Position numbers and translations under genes: made by a program. From contig CAWEXO010000008.1 in the NCBI GenBank assembly GCA_963813025.1, positions 64,001 to 128,000 of the forward strand: a DNA stretch of 64,000 nucleotides, read 5' to 3'. The notes beneath the pieces are model-generated. The model searched no databases, was not told where the DNA came from, and saw nothing but the letters and a program-made list of their open reading frames with translations. Positions 41,937-52,391 of this stretch are shown one piece after another. Within the stretch, counting starts at the first letter, position 1, and every line of letters starts with the position of its first letter. The DNA comes from an uncultured Verrucomicrobiae bacterium (GTDB lineage: Bacteria > Verrucomicrobiota > Verrucomicrobiia > Chthoniobacterales > JAFAMB01).

Positions 41937-42652
41937 TGTGTGTTGAGCAACCCCCCGGTGGCTTGCAGCGCCACCAAGGACTCGGGCGCTGTCACCCAGC
42001 AAGCTAGTGCGCTGCTTTGTGTTGGTGGCAGCGACAGGATGGCCCGCAAATGATCGCCGGATTTCTGCATCGGGCTGGCAAACAGGGCGACGGCAACAAA
42101 GTCGTGCTTTAACTCACGGCCGCGGTTCTCACCTCCCCGGACAGACGACCTTACATCCATCGCGAGGGCAGCGCAGTGCAGTTCGGCCGCTTCCCGGGCT
42201 GAGTCGAATTCGGCCTCGAGTTTTCCGTTATGCAGAACAACCCGCAGCCGACCCGGGTTTGCCCGATCGGCCAACGGCAGATCCTGGCCCGTAAACCAGC
42301 CCTTCCACTCCGTGCCATTGAAGACAAACCCTGGCGTATACGTCGAGGATGATCCCCAAAGGGTCCCATAACTCTCCTGCCGTAAGGTATACTCCCGTTT
42401 CGCAAAACGGTCCTTCCAGCCCAAACTGTCCCAGTAGTCGACGTGAAACGAAACGGGCACTACCTCTTTCCAGAGTCGATCGCTTTTCCCGAGACTGGAG
42501 AGCCAGGTCTCGGCGGGAGGACAACTGCTGCAGCCCTCGGAAGTAAACAGCTCAAGCAGGGAAACATGTTGCGAACCTGAATCAAACGCTGTGTCACCTG
42601 ACGCGGCTCGAAGACAGAGGGCAAGCAGGACTACGAACAAAATTCGGAGCAT
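41927..42652 (-). CDS. DUF1223 thioredoxin-like secreted protein
   Basis: ELFTSEGCSSCPPA, HVDYWD.LGWKD, YTP and GENRG motifs. Confidence 0.9.
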   Translation of the reverse strand: MLRILFVVLLALCLRAASGDTAFDSGSQHVSLLELFTSEGCSSCPPAETWLSSLGKSDRLWKEVVPVSFHVDYWDSLGWKDRFAKREYTLRQESYGTLWGSSSTYTPGFVFNGTEWKGWFTGQDLPLADRANPGRLRVVLHNGKLEAEFDSAREAAELHCAALAMDVRSSVRGGENRGRELKHDFVAVALFASPMQKSGDHLRAILSLPPTQSSALACWVTAPESLVALQATGGLLNTQSP

Positions 42653-42760
42653 CGTTTTGAGAAGAGGAAGCAGGAGGCTGTTTATTCCCGCCCCAGTCTT
42701 CCCGCCCGCTATTCGAGCAGGTCCTTGGCCTTGTGCCGGCACAGCGCCGTTGGTCAGTCC

Positions 42761-44229
42761 TCAAAGTGCGGACAAGGATGTTCGCGAAACGAGAGTGGTC
42801 TGTTTCACTCGATTCCTGCGGGCGCCGTTCTGGCTGGCACCGTTGCGCGCCGAGTGATACCGAGGACCTTTGGCTGTGTTTATCGCCAGTTCGAGCATCG
42901 GTCCGGGGAACTTTCGACAGTTTGTCAGCGTTTTATCCAGGGCCTGGACGAAATAGTCCGCTTCTGCGGTTCCAATCACCAGAGGCGGCAGGATCTTTAT
43001 TACATCCATATTATGTCCCCCCACCTGGGTTAGTACGCGATGTTTGCTCAAAAGAGGAACGACGATTAGCTGCGGAAAGAGGGATCTGTCAATCTTGTGG
43101 AGGAGACGCCAAGCCATCTTCAGCTTCAGTTCGGCAGGCTCATGGAATTCAATGGCAATCATCAGTCCTTTGCCTCGAACCTCTTTGATGAAGCTGTGTT
43201 TCGCGCGAAGGCTACGTAAACGTTGAAGTAAAACCTCGCCTATTTCGGCCGATCGGTTGACCAAATTTTCTTCCTCTAAGATGAAGAGAGAGGCTAACCC
43301 GCAAGCCATGGCGAGGTTGTTCCGGCCAAAGGTACTGGAATGGACTACGCAGCGGTCAAGCCGGCTGTAAACCTTTTGGTAGATGCTCCGTCGAGCTGAC
43401 GATTGCCGCGCAGGGTACGTAGCCGCCGCTCAAGCTCTTCGCGACAGTCACGATATCGGGTTCGAGATCCCAGTGCTGAAACCCCCACCATCGGCCAGTC
43501 CGGCCAAGACCGGTTTGTACCTCGTCAGCAATGAGGAGGGTGCCATATTTTCGGCAAAGGATTTGCGCCTCGATGAGAAAATCTTTTGGAGGCAGCTTGA
43601 CGCCCTTACCCTGGATTGGCTCGAAGATGAAGCCAGCCACATCGCGTTTCCGGAGAAGGCTCTCGAGACTGTCCAGATCGCCCAACCGAATCCGGCTGAC
43701 ATCACTCAACAACGGACCGAAACCCTCGTGGAAATTGGAGATAGCGGTCAGAGAAAGTGAACCGTAGGTCAGACCATGATAACCGCCCTGCAAGCTAATG
43801 ATCCGAGGCCGTCCCGTGGCCGCCCGGGCAAACTTGATCGCCGCTTCATTCGCTTCGGTCCCGGAATTGCAGAAAAAGACGGCACCGAGATGGTCGGGAA
43901 GTTTCTTGAGAAGTGCTTCAGCAAGCAAACCGCTGAGGAGTGAACAGTCCAGTTGAACCATGTTTGGCAGATCAAGATCCAGAGCATCCCGGATCGCTTT
44001 TTAATAACCGGATGATTCCGACCCATGTTGAACACGCTGTAGCCGCTCAGGAAATCAAGGTAAGCGTGGCCGGCAGAATCGTAGAGATAAGCGCCTCCGC
44101 ACCGGTATAGATCCGGTCAAAGCCCGTGATTTTCTGGACTTCAACGAAAGTGGGGTTGAGGTGTTGACTGTGGAGTCGGTAATTCTCTCCTTGCCGCTCA
44201 GCGACAAGTTTCTTCAGATCAAACGGCAT
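42761..44229 (-). CDS. Class III PLP aminotransferase, HpnO-like (aminobacteriohopanetriol synthase family); about 3 frameshifts
   Basis: NSGTEANEAAIKFAR, EPIQGKG, DEVQTGLGRTG, AKSLSGG and VRGKGLM motifs; HpnO-like N-terminus (ERQGENY.LH..HLNP). Confidence 0.75.
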
Positions 44230-44436
44230 TGCATATTCCTTCCGAAGCGCCGATAAAGCCGGACGCTTCACGAAGCGGATATTCTGTGGCAGGCCGTAGG
44301 CGACGTCAAGCGGGCGGCAAGGCCCTCCCAACATCGCTTAGCGACGACAGGTTCTGCCCCGCCGTAGCCGAGCGCAGAAGGCGAAGTGGGTCGTACGTAC
44401 TCCAAGATACCAGTATTACTAAGGAGTAATCCGGGC

Positions 44437-46227
44437 TCAACGATGACAGTGCGTCAGGATCAGGGCCGCGCCAAAGACCAGCAGAGGTAGCAAAGCAGAA
44501 AGGACGATCAACCGGGCGCCGCGCCATTGGGCCTTCCAAAGTTTCGGCGATTGGAGATGTTTTGCCCGTTCAGTCACTTTGACTGAATCCGGGTCATCAA
44601 GTTCGGCCTTCATTGCCAGTGCCGATGAATACCGCCGGTGAGGCTCGCGCTCCATGGCGTGAAGAATGATCTCCTCCAGTTCCTCGGAGATTTCCGGATT
44701 TCGTTTTCGAGGAGCGACCGGGTCGCCGGTCAGCCGGGAATTCATCACAATGAAGGGGTTCGGTCCGTCGAAAGGGGTATGCCCGGTCGTCATCTCGTAG
44801 AGCATGGCTCCAAGGCTGTAGATATCGGTGCGCTCATCCCCTCGCCAGCCTTTGACTTGTTCGGGCGCCATATAGTCGGGCGTACCCATCGTAGTGCTGA
44901 ATCCCGCGAAAGTGAGCCGTCGCATCGCGGAGGATTTGGCAATGCCAAAGTCGATGATCTTCACCGAACTATCCTTACAGATCATGACATTCTGCGGCTT
45001 CATATCCCGATGAATAACCTTGTTCTCGTGCATGTGAGCGAGCGCCGAGCACAAGGACGAAGCAATCTTGACGGCATCGTCGATCGGCAAGGGGCGGACC
45101 TGATCCATGACTTCACTAAGCGTCTTGCCCTCCAAGTACTCCATGACGATGTAGGGGCGGCTTTGATCCGGTACATCGATAAACCGCAGAATGTTCGGAT
45201 GCTTGAGTCGCTTGCCAATCTCGGCTTCTCGTTCGAACCGGGAAAACGATGCCGGATCGGATTCGAACTGTAGATGAGGAATCTTGATCGCGACCGTTTG
45301 ATTGGTCTGCATATCCATCGCCCGGTAGATCGAGGCCATACCGCTGCGCCCGATCACACTTTCGATCCAGAATCTGTTGTCCAGGAGGTCCCCTGCCTGT
45401 ATTTCTTGTGCCATCTCAGCCGGCTTCTCTTCGCGTACTCCCTTGAGAAAAGAAAGACCAGTTTCATACCTCGGCTCGTTGAGCCGGTCAACCTGAACAA
45501 CCTGAACAGAAAGGTTGTCGTCGGTACCACGCCGTTCTGCCAATGAGATCAGATAGGGGCAGATTTCATCCAGATTGAGGCGATCGACTCCTTCCGAAAT
45601 TTCCGCATCGCCAACAAAACAGTAAAGTCCATCGGTGCACTGCACGATACGGTCGCGGGAGTTCAGCTTCAATTTTCGGAAATCAAAGCGGACGATGGGT
45701 TCGGGACCGACACTGCGTGTGAGGATGGAACGCAAGTGGCTGGCGCGCGCCTCCTGTTCGGTGATAAGTCTGAGTTTCAGCTGAACGCCGGTATAAGAAT
45801 GGTCGTTGGTCAAACGCCGAATCTCTTCGTTTCTGACCAGATAGACGCGCGTGTCGCCCACGTGCGCGATGGCAAGTTCCTTCTCGCGAAAAAGGCAGGC
45901 GGTCAGCGTTGTGGCCATGCGTCCGCCTCGAGGATCACTCATCCCTGCCTCATAAAGAGCCAGGTTCACCTGATCGAAGATCTCTTTGAGAATGTGCTTT
46001 GGCGAGAGGCTCGGATCGACTTTTTGGAAAACCTCGAGACCGATTCTGATCGCAGCCTGACTGGCTTCGTCACCGTGCTTGCTTCCGCCAACACCGTCGG
46101 CTGCCAAAGCCAGCGCACCACGCCGCCGGCGGTCCACGGGGTCATCGGGTTGCCAAAAAACCAAACAATCTTCGTTCTTCTCACGCTTCGGGCCGGCGGA
46201 AGACTGCGAGAAAACGCTCAACTCCAT
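44437..46227 (-). CDS. Bifunctional PP2C phosphatase / Ser-Thr protein kinase with C-terminal TM helix
   Basis: NED, ADGVGG, HVGDTR, TDGL, DN (PP2C); AIK, HRDMKPQN, DFG, GTPDYMAPE (Hanks kinase). Confidence 0.93.
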   Translation of the reverse strand: MELSVFSQSSAGPKREKNEDCLVFWQPDDPVDRRRRGALALAADGVGGSKHGDEASQAAIRIGLEVFQKVDPSLSPKHILKEIFDQVNLALYEAGMSDPRGGRMATTLTACLFREKELAIAHVGDTRVYLVRNEEIRRLTNDHSYTGVQLKLRLITEQEARASHLRSILTRSVGPEPIVRFDFRKLKLNSRDRIVQCTDGLYCFVGDAEISEGVDRLNLDEICPYLISLAERRGTDDNLSVQVVQVDRLNEPRYETGLSFLKGVREEKPAEMAQEIQAGDLLDNRFWIESVIGRSGMASIYRAMDMQTNQTVAIKIPHLQFESDPASFSRFEREAEIGKRLKHPNILRFIDVPDQSRPYIVMEYLEGKTLSEVMDQVRPLPIDDAVKIASSLCSALAHMHENKVIHRDMKPQNVMICKDSSVKIIDFGIAKSSAMRRLTFAGFSTTMGTPDYMAPEQVKGWRGDERTDIYSLGAMLYEMTTGHTPFDGPNPFIVMNSRLTGDPVAPRKRNPEISEELEEIILHAMEREPHRRYSSALAMKAELDDPDSVKVTERAKHLQSPKLWKAQWRGARLIVLSALLPLLVFGAALILTHCHR

Positions 46228-46416
46228 CGTCCGTACACTGCCACGTCCCGGAAGACGTGGCAGTGCATTGTTGAAATTAATCCAGCCTGGTTAGGGATAA
46301 ACACAGCCGGTTGAGAGGATTCAGGCAAACCCAAGCCGCTGCGATCGGGAAAACCAGCACCCAGCGCTAGGCTTATCAGCTAATTCTTCTTGGTCCGAGG
46401 CGCGGCTTCGCCAGGT

Positions 46417-48261
46417 CTAGGCGCTCGCCGGCGCATCAGCAAAGACCGATTTTTCCTTCTTTTTGCTCGATGTGAAGAAGTAAAACCCGCCGTAAATGCC
46501 CCAGATCGCGACCAGACCCAGCGCAATATATGGCTCTTTGAAACTCATACCAGCAACGGACAAAGGCCCAATCAGGTAAAAGAGCATACAGAGAAGATTG
46601 GCCAGAAGACCAAAGACTGGAATGGCCAGGTGTTTAACTCCGTTAAACATGTGATGCTGCCGAAAGGCGACGATCGCGACAATGCAGGTCATCATGTAGA
46701 GCAAAAATGTCCCGAAGTTGCTGGTCAGGGTAATGATCAGAAGGCTTTGCGGAATATTGGCCGCGGCATCGTGCGGGAAAATCCCGAAGCTGTACCAGAT
46801 GTTTTTCGGGAGCGTCTTGATGGTATCATCGGCCACCGCGGCGCCGCCGCAGAAGTACAGGAGCACCCCGAAGATCCCCAAAATGGCAGAGATGACGCAG
46901 AGCGTCCAGATCGACCGGTGCGGCGTGAGGTTTTTGCCATGCAACATTCCAAAATGGGACGGCACCTCTTGGTCACGGCCCATCGCGTACGTCACGCGGG
47001 CTCCCGTATTAATGCAAGCTAAGGTCGTCCCGACCAAGGCCAGAAATACGGTAATCGCTATAATGAACATGAACCACCAGCCGGCCTGGGGACTTCCAAA
47101 TGCCCATGTGCCGGCGAGCTGTATCATATCGCCGATCGGCGCGGGCGACCCCGCGGCCTGGGTCATCGTATACCCGCTATTGAGGAAGTAGTTTGCGCCG
47201 AAATATTCGAAGAGGTAACAAATTACGCCCTGAATCATAAGCGAGAGCAGCACCGCGCGAGGAATATCGCGTTTCGCGTTTTTCGCCTCCTCCCCCATCG
47301 ACGTCACCGATTCGAAGCCTACGAGAATCAGAATGGCAACGCACGCCTGCACGATGACATAACTGAAGCCGTGCGGTGTGATCACGGAGGCGGCCGTAGG
47401 GTGAAACTGGAACGTCGGCGTCGGATTCTTCGGATCACTCCCTTTTGTAACCGCCTGGTCCGGCGCATAGGTCACGGTGAAATCCTTGTCTGACCCATCC
47501 GCGTTCTTTTCGAAAACATAATTACCATCCTTATCCTTCTTCGGAACGGTCGTGACATTGCCCTTGTCGTCCTTCGTAGTTTCCATCGCGATGACCTTTG
47601 TGGTCGGAACACCGTCCGGATTAAGGGTCACGGCCTTCGAGCCCTCCGCGTGATTGACTCGGTAGGCAATCGCGATGCTGGCGAACACGACGAGCGCCGT
47701 AATCTGAATCACATTGATTGCCATATTCACTGCCGTCGAGCCGGTGACTCCACGATAGGCAATCCAGCCTACAAAAAATGGAAACACGATCGCGAAGAGG
47801 ATCATGAGTAGCGGACTAGGCACCGCCGCGTTGAACACCGTCGGAAAAAGCTCTCCAGCAAGATAACCGACCAGGAGCGCGGTAACCGCAACCATCACAC
47901 CGGGATAAATCCAGTAGTAGAGATGGCTGGCCCAACCCACCATGAACTTCGCGATCCGAGCAAACTTGTAGGCTTTTGCTTTTGATAAGAAAGCCTGTTC
48001 GGCGAAGAAGTAGGAGGATCCTGCGCCGGGGTAAAGTTTCGACAATTCCGCATACGAGATGGCGGTGGCGAAACACAGCAATAGCGCGACAACGATGCCG
48101 AACCACATTGAGCTGCCGGCCATGGGCGCGCCGTAGAGGCATTGTTGTGCGAAGGTTAACCAAAGGAACGCGCCGGGCGCGATCAGCGCCATGGCGTTTA
48201 CGGTCAGCCCTGTTAAGCCGAGGGTCGGCTTCGCTTGGGTAGTCTGGGTAGTTTCGGGCAT
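46417..48261 (-). CDS. APC-family permease with a large extracytoplasmic loop
   Basis: YAELSKLYPGAGSSY and GFES...GEEAKN motifs, about 12 TM segments. Confidence 0.9.
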   Translation of the reverse strand: MPETTQTTQAKPTLGLTGLTVNAMALIAPGAFLWLTFAQQCLYGAPMAGSSMWFGIVVALLLCFATAISYAELSKLYPGAGSSYFFAEQAFLSKAKAYKFARIAKFMVGWASHLYYWIYPGVMVAVTALLVGYLAGELFPTVFNAAVPSPLLMILFAIVFPFFVGWIAYRGVTGSTAVNMAINVIQITALVVFASIAIAYRVNHAEGSKAVTLNPDGVPTTKVIAMETTKDDKGNVTTVPKKDKDGNYVFEKNADGSDKDFTVTYAPDQAVTKGSDPKNPTPTFQFHPTAASVITPHGFSYVIVQACVAILILVGFESVTSMGEEAKNAKRDIPRAVLLSLMIQGVICYLFEYFGANYFLNSGYTMTQAAGSPAPIGDMIQLAGTWAFGSPQAGWWFMFIIAITVFLALVGTTLACINTGARVTYAMGRDQEVPSHFGMLHGKNLTPHRSIWTLCVISAILGIFGVLLYFCGGAAVADDTIKTLPKNIWYSFGIFPHDAAANIPQSLLIITLTSNFGTFLLYMMTCIVAIVAFRQHHMFNGVKHLAIPVFGLLANLLCMLFYLIGPLSVAGMSFKEPYIALGLVAIWGIYGGFYFFTSSKKKEKSVFADAPASA

Positions 48262-48593
48262 AATTGATTTGGAGCGAGGTGGCGGATTGAATTGAATTTG
48301 ATGGTGGAGGAGCAGCATCCGTCATGCCAGCGTGACGACCCTTGGCCTGCGCCGTGGGCAGAGAAATCCGTTTTTTCAGCCGATCGTCGTTGCGATCCAG
48401 CTTTTGTATTTTTGATCAGCCTGCGAACAATCCTCCAGTCCGCAGTCAAACAATCACCAGATCTGGCGAGAATTAGCCAGCTATCTAGCACCCAGCCAAA
48501 AAACGCCAACTCTCCTGGCGATCTCCGAGATTGGGGGATCCAGAGGCAGCTCAGGGGAGAATTCTATTGGCTCGGCCAATTCGGGCAAAGAAA

Positions 48594-48756
48594 GTCTTGG
48601 AGTGCGTGCGACTTGTCGCCGCTTTAGGATCGCGCGGGGCGCGACTCAGGCCGATAACTGAATCAGAGAATGCGGAGCTCCCGGCGAAAGACGCCTCTTC
48701 GGCAGCCGCGCTGCGCGAGGTCTCAAAGCGGCGACAAGTCGCACGCACTCCAAGAC
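48594..48756. repeat. Second REP/REPIN family: 32-bp perfect inverted repeat with ~99-bp spacer
   Basis: GTCTTGGAGTGCGTGCGACTTGTCGCCGCTTT (48594-48625) and its reverse complement (48725-48756). Confidence 0.9.
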
Positions 48757-48886
48757 GCAAAGCGAATTGGTACCTCTCTCGTTTTCGGTCGGTGCTCCGA
48801 AGCCCGGCCCGAAACCTGCTCCCCGCGACCTTGCCTTAACCGCGTTCCCTTCCGCGGTCCATGACAAGAGTTAAAATCAATTATCC

Positions 48887-50218
48887 ATGCATGCTCGACC
48901 TACGGGAATCAAACACCACTGTACCGCGTCCCTGCTTGCCCTGCTTTGCAGTGTGGCCGGACTTGCGGAACATAGTTTTGCCGCCGATGCGAACGCTCCG
49001 GCGGATGCGACCGCGCCTGCGGATGTAACCAAGGTAGCCGACGGAAAAGAAACGAAAGAGGTAGTAAAAAAAGCTGCGGAAACCAAACCACCGGAACCGC
49101 GCTTCAAGCTTTACGGATGGATCGAAGCTGGTCTGACCGGCAATCCGCGCTCGCCGCTGGACAATCACAATTTCGGTCAGCTGTATACGGATCGCGCCAA
49201 TGAATTTTTGCTCAATCAATTATCGCTAGTGGCGGAGCGCGCGCTTGATCCGAACGCCACTGGTTTTGACTGGGGATTTAAAGTTTGGTTCATGTATGGG
49301 AGTGACGCTCGCTATACCAAAACGGTCGGTATGTTGGACCTGGTGACGAATGAGCGCGTTCAACCCGATTTCCCCGAGGTCTACCTTAGTCTGCACTTGC
49401 CGGTGCTGACGGCAGGCGGACTTGATCTCAAGCTGGGCAAGTATGCTGATCCGATGAGCGCGGAGACGATCGATCCGCGCAGCAACGTATTCTACTCGCA
49501 CAGCTACATCTTTAACTTTGGCGTACCGACAACCAACCTCGGAGTCCTAGGCGTCCAACACGTCACCAAATGGCTCGATATTTATGCCGGCGTAAACCGT
49601 GGGGTGAACACGAGCATCGATGATAACAATGACTCCGTTTCATTCGAGGGCGGGTTCGGCCTGAACCTTCTGGACGGGAACCTGACGACAGTAGCACTGA
49701 CCCACATCGGACCGGAAAACCCGAATAACAATCATGACTGGCGTTTTCTGAACGACGTCACCACAACCTGGAAAATCACCAAGGCCCTGACTTCTATTAC
49801 CGATCTGAATCTCATCTATGATCAGCTGCCGGGGGCGGGCTATGGATATGGCGTAGCTCAGTATCTGACGTATGCCATCAACGATTTCGTCACGGCTGGA
49901 TTCCGCGGCGAAGTCTGGCGTGACGAGCAAGGATTCTACGTGGCTCAGTTCCGCGCAAATAACGATTTTATCCACCTTCTCCGCGGCGATATCCCGGCCC
50001 CCGATCCCAGTACTCGGGGCGGCGGCAAAACCACCTACCTCGGACTGACTTTCGGGCTGACGTTCAAACCGCCTCTGCCGAAGCCATTCGCCGGCCTACT
50101 GATTCGTCCGGAGGTCAGGTATGACCGCGCTTTGACCGACACCAGGCCCTTTCTCGGTTCTGACACATTTAAACAGGACCAGATCACACTAGCTTTCGAC
50201 GCCGTCCTGGAATTCTAA
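48887..50218 (+). CDS. Outer-membrane beta-barrel porin (BBP2-like)
   Basis: Signal peptide, LNQL, GK....AE.ID...N.FYSHSY, RPEVRYD, terminal Phe. Confidence 0.85.
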   Translation: MHARPTGIKHHCTASLLALLCSVAGLAEHSFAADANAPADATAPADVTKVADGKETKEVVKKAAETKPPEPRFKLYGWIEAGLTGNPRSPLDNHNFGQLYTDRANEFLLNQLSLVAERALDPNATGFDWGFKVWFMYGSDARYTKTVGMLDLVTNERVQPDFPEVYLSLHLPVLTAGGLDLKLGKYADPMSAETIDPRSNVFYSHSYIFNFGVPTTNLGVLGVQHVTKWLDIYAGVNRGVNTSIDDNNDSVSFEGGFGLNLLDGNLTTVALTHIGPENPNNNHDWRFLNDVTTTWKITKALTSITDLNLIYDQLPGAGYGYGVAQYLTYAINDFVTAGFRGEVWRDEQGFYVAQFRANNDFIHLLRGDIPAPDPSTRGGGKTTYLGLTFGLTFKPPLPKPFAGLLIRPEVRYDRALTDTRPFLGSDTFKQDQITLAFDAVLEF

Positions 50219-50231
50219 TCCGTTAAAGGAG

Positions 50232-52208
50232 TTACACTTGGCCGCCGGAGCGGAGACTCCGGCGGTCGCCTGATCGTACCGTGAGACCTTCCCGGTCCAG
50301 CTTTTCCAGGAGCGGGACCATGATTCGACGGGTGCTTCCGCTGGCTTGACGCAACTCGCTCACCGTGGCCGACGGCTTTTGCTGAAGGTACTGAACGATG
50401 GCCGTCCTGATCCGCGAGAAGCCGATGCGGGAAAGGTAGACCCCGGAGCTGAGTTCGATCAGATCACCCCGAGTACGCAAAAACCGCAGTGCTTCGCGGG
50501 CCGCTGGACCCGTCGGCAATTCCGTCAGCGATGGAGGCTGGACCGAATTCTCCAGAAACGCGGTTTGCAGCCGGGCACAGGCGTCTCGCAGACGATCCGG
50601 CATCGATGGCATATGCGAGCGCGCGCGCAAACAATTCTCAGAAACTTCGTAACCCTGGCTGGCGAGATCCTTCAGTAAGGCTTCGCAGAGAGTCGGTTGA
50701 CGGAACTCTCCCGGCAATCGAGAGCGCAATTTTGTCAGTGGTAGACCCGGAGTTTCCGGAGCAGCGGTATGTTGTCGGTCTACCTCTTCGACCGCCCGGC
50801 AAAGCACGGCCCGCCACCACTGGCGCTCTACCACGTAGTCTGTCAGCAAGCAAATAGCGTCCGCGTGACGCAATTCTTCAAGCGCAGCCGAAATCTGCGA
50901 CAGGGAAAATTGGGATCGAACGAGCAAATCTGCGCGGCGCGAGACGTGGTCTCGGGCGAGCGTGGCTTGGATAAGTTCGGCCGGGTCCGCAAGGTTGTTG
51001 GCTGCCCGGGTCAGAAAAGAGCGGTGCCTCTCGTTTCGAAAATGGCGACGCCGCGCCGACGGATCCAGAATGATTCCGCCTGCTACGGTGAATCGATTGG
51101 CGGCATCCCGTAGAATAAATCGATCTCCCGCAAACGCGAAAATGGGAGCTCCGAGACGAACCTGTCCCAGCGTGGTTGCTCCGGGTTCGACCGGTGTTTT
51201 ATCGAGGAGGACCAGGCGCCCGGCTACTTGGGCGCTGCCGTGGTGAAACAGGACCGGCATGCCATTGGCGAGAGGCACAGAAGACGGATTGGACCGATTG
51301 CGCCGCGCGGATCGTTTGAGTTCAACTTCCAACGTCTCCGCCGGTTCCCCGAAACCGGGCCGCGTCACCACATCGCCCCTTCGAAGGTGCTCCACCGCGA
51401 GATCAACCAGGTTGAGCGCCAGACGCGTGCCGGGGCCCCCTCGGCTGCATTCGCGTCCGTAGCTTTGGATCGAGCGAATCCGAGCGAGCTTTTGGCTCGG
51501 CTGGATGAGGACCGTCTCGCCTGGGGCGAACTCGCCTCCGATCGGTGTTCCCGTCACGACTGTGCCCAAGCCCTTCAAGGTAAACACGCGATCGACCGGC
51601 AAACGTGGTTTCCCGGAGACGGACTGTCGGGGCCTTGCCAGAAGGCAATCGGCGAGTGCCTGCCTGAGTTCTGCTATTCCGGCGCCGGTTAAAGCAGAGA
51701 CCGGAAGGACTGGAGCAGTCGCGTAGCGACTTGACTCGAGCTGCCGACCAACTTCTTGACCCACAGTTTCCGGATCCTCAACCAGATCGCATTTCGTCAG
51801 CACGAACAGGAGACTCGGCACGGCGAGATACTCGAGGATCTGCAAATGTTCCTCGGTTTGGGGCATCCAACCCTCGTCGGCCGCCACCACGAGAAGAGCG
51901 GCATCGACAGCGCCGACCCCGGCGATCATATTCCTGACGAAATCCTCATGGCCGGGAACATCGACAATGCCAATCTCGGGGCACGGTCCAGCGGCGGCGG
52001 CCTCGGTCAGGAAAAAATGAGTGAATCCAAGCTCAACCGTCAAGCCCCGCGCCTTTTCCGCCGGCAATCGATCTGGTTCAAGGCCGGTAAGGGCCCGCAC
52101 TAACGCGCTCTTTCCATGATCAACGTGGCCGGCGGTGGCAATGATAGCGCTCCGGCACGTCAGGCAGGCCTCTCGTTCAGCTGCTGATACGCCGTTGTGA
52201 GTCAGCAT
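50232..52208 (-). CDS. selB: Selenocysteine-specific elongation factor
   Basis: GHVDHGKS, DVPGHEDF, VVAADEG.MPQT.EH and TKCD motifs; C-terminal winged helices (RR...PLLE.LD). Confidence 0.95.
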   Translation of the reverse strand: MLTHNGVSAAEREACLTCRSAIIATAGHVDHGKSALVRALTGLEPDRLPAEKARGLTVELGFTHFFLTEAAAAGPCPEIGIVDVPGHEDFVRNMIAGVGAVDAALLVVAADEGWMPQTEEHLQILEYLAVPSLLFVLTKCDLVEDPETVGQEVGRQLESSRYATAPVLPVSALTGAGIAELRQALADCLLARPRQSVSGKPRLPVDRVFTLKGLGTVVTGTPIGGEFAPGETVLIQPSQKLARIRSIQSYGRECSRGGPGTRLALNLVDLAVEHLRRGDVVTRPGFGEPAETLEVELKRSARRNRSNPSSVPLANGMPVLFHHGSAQVAGRLVLLDKTPVEPGATTLGQVRLGAPIFAFAGDRFILRDAANRFTVAGGIILDPSARRRHFRNERHRSFLTRAANNLADPAELIQATLARDHVSRRADLLVRSQFSLSQISAALEELRHADAICLLTDYVVERQWWRAVLCRAVEEVDRQHTAAPETPGLPLTKLRSRLPGEFRQPTLCEALLKDLASQGYEVSENCLRARSHMPSMPDRLRDACARLQTAFLENSVQPPSLTELPTGPAAREALRFLRTRGDLIELSSGVYLSRIGFSRIRTAIVQYLQQKPSATVSELRQASGSTRRIMVPLLEKLDREGLTVRSGDRRSLRSGGQV

Positions 52209-52236
52209 GGGATCTGTGAAGAAGCGCTAGTGCACT

Positions 52237-52335
52237 AGAGTCCTTGAACACTGAAATTTGCTGCAGTTGAATCAAGTTTTTTAAGCGGATTTTTTTTCTT
52301 AATTCAATTCTTCGCCTTTCAAAAACAAGGACTCT
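52237..52335. mobile_element. MITE-like element, copy 2, between selA and selB
   Basis: AGAGTCCTTG ... CAAGGACTCT; homologous to 41843-41936. Confidence 0.7.
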
Positions 52336-52391
52336 GCACAGCGAGGCCGGCTAATATGCGTTAGGCCAGATCTCCACGCCGCATTTTTTTA

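Noticed and set aside
48455..48490. Sigma-54 promoter between the APC permease and the porin
   Set aside because: Candidate GG...GC spacing is 9 nt on both strands, not the required 10
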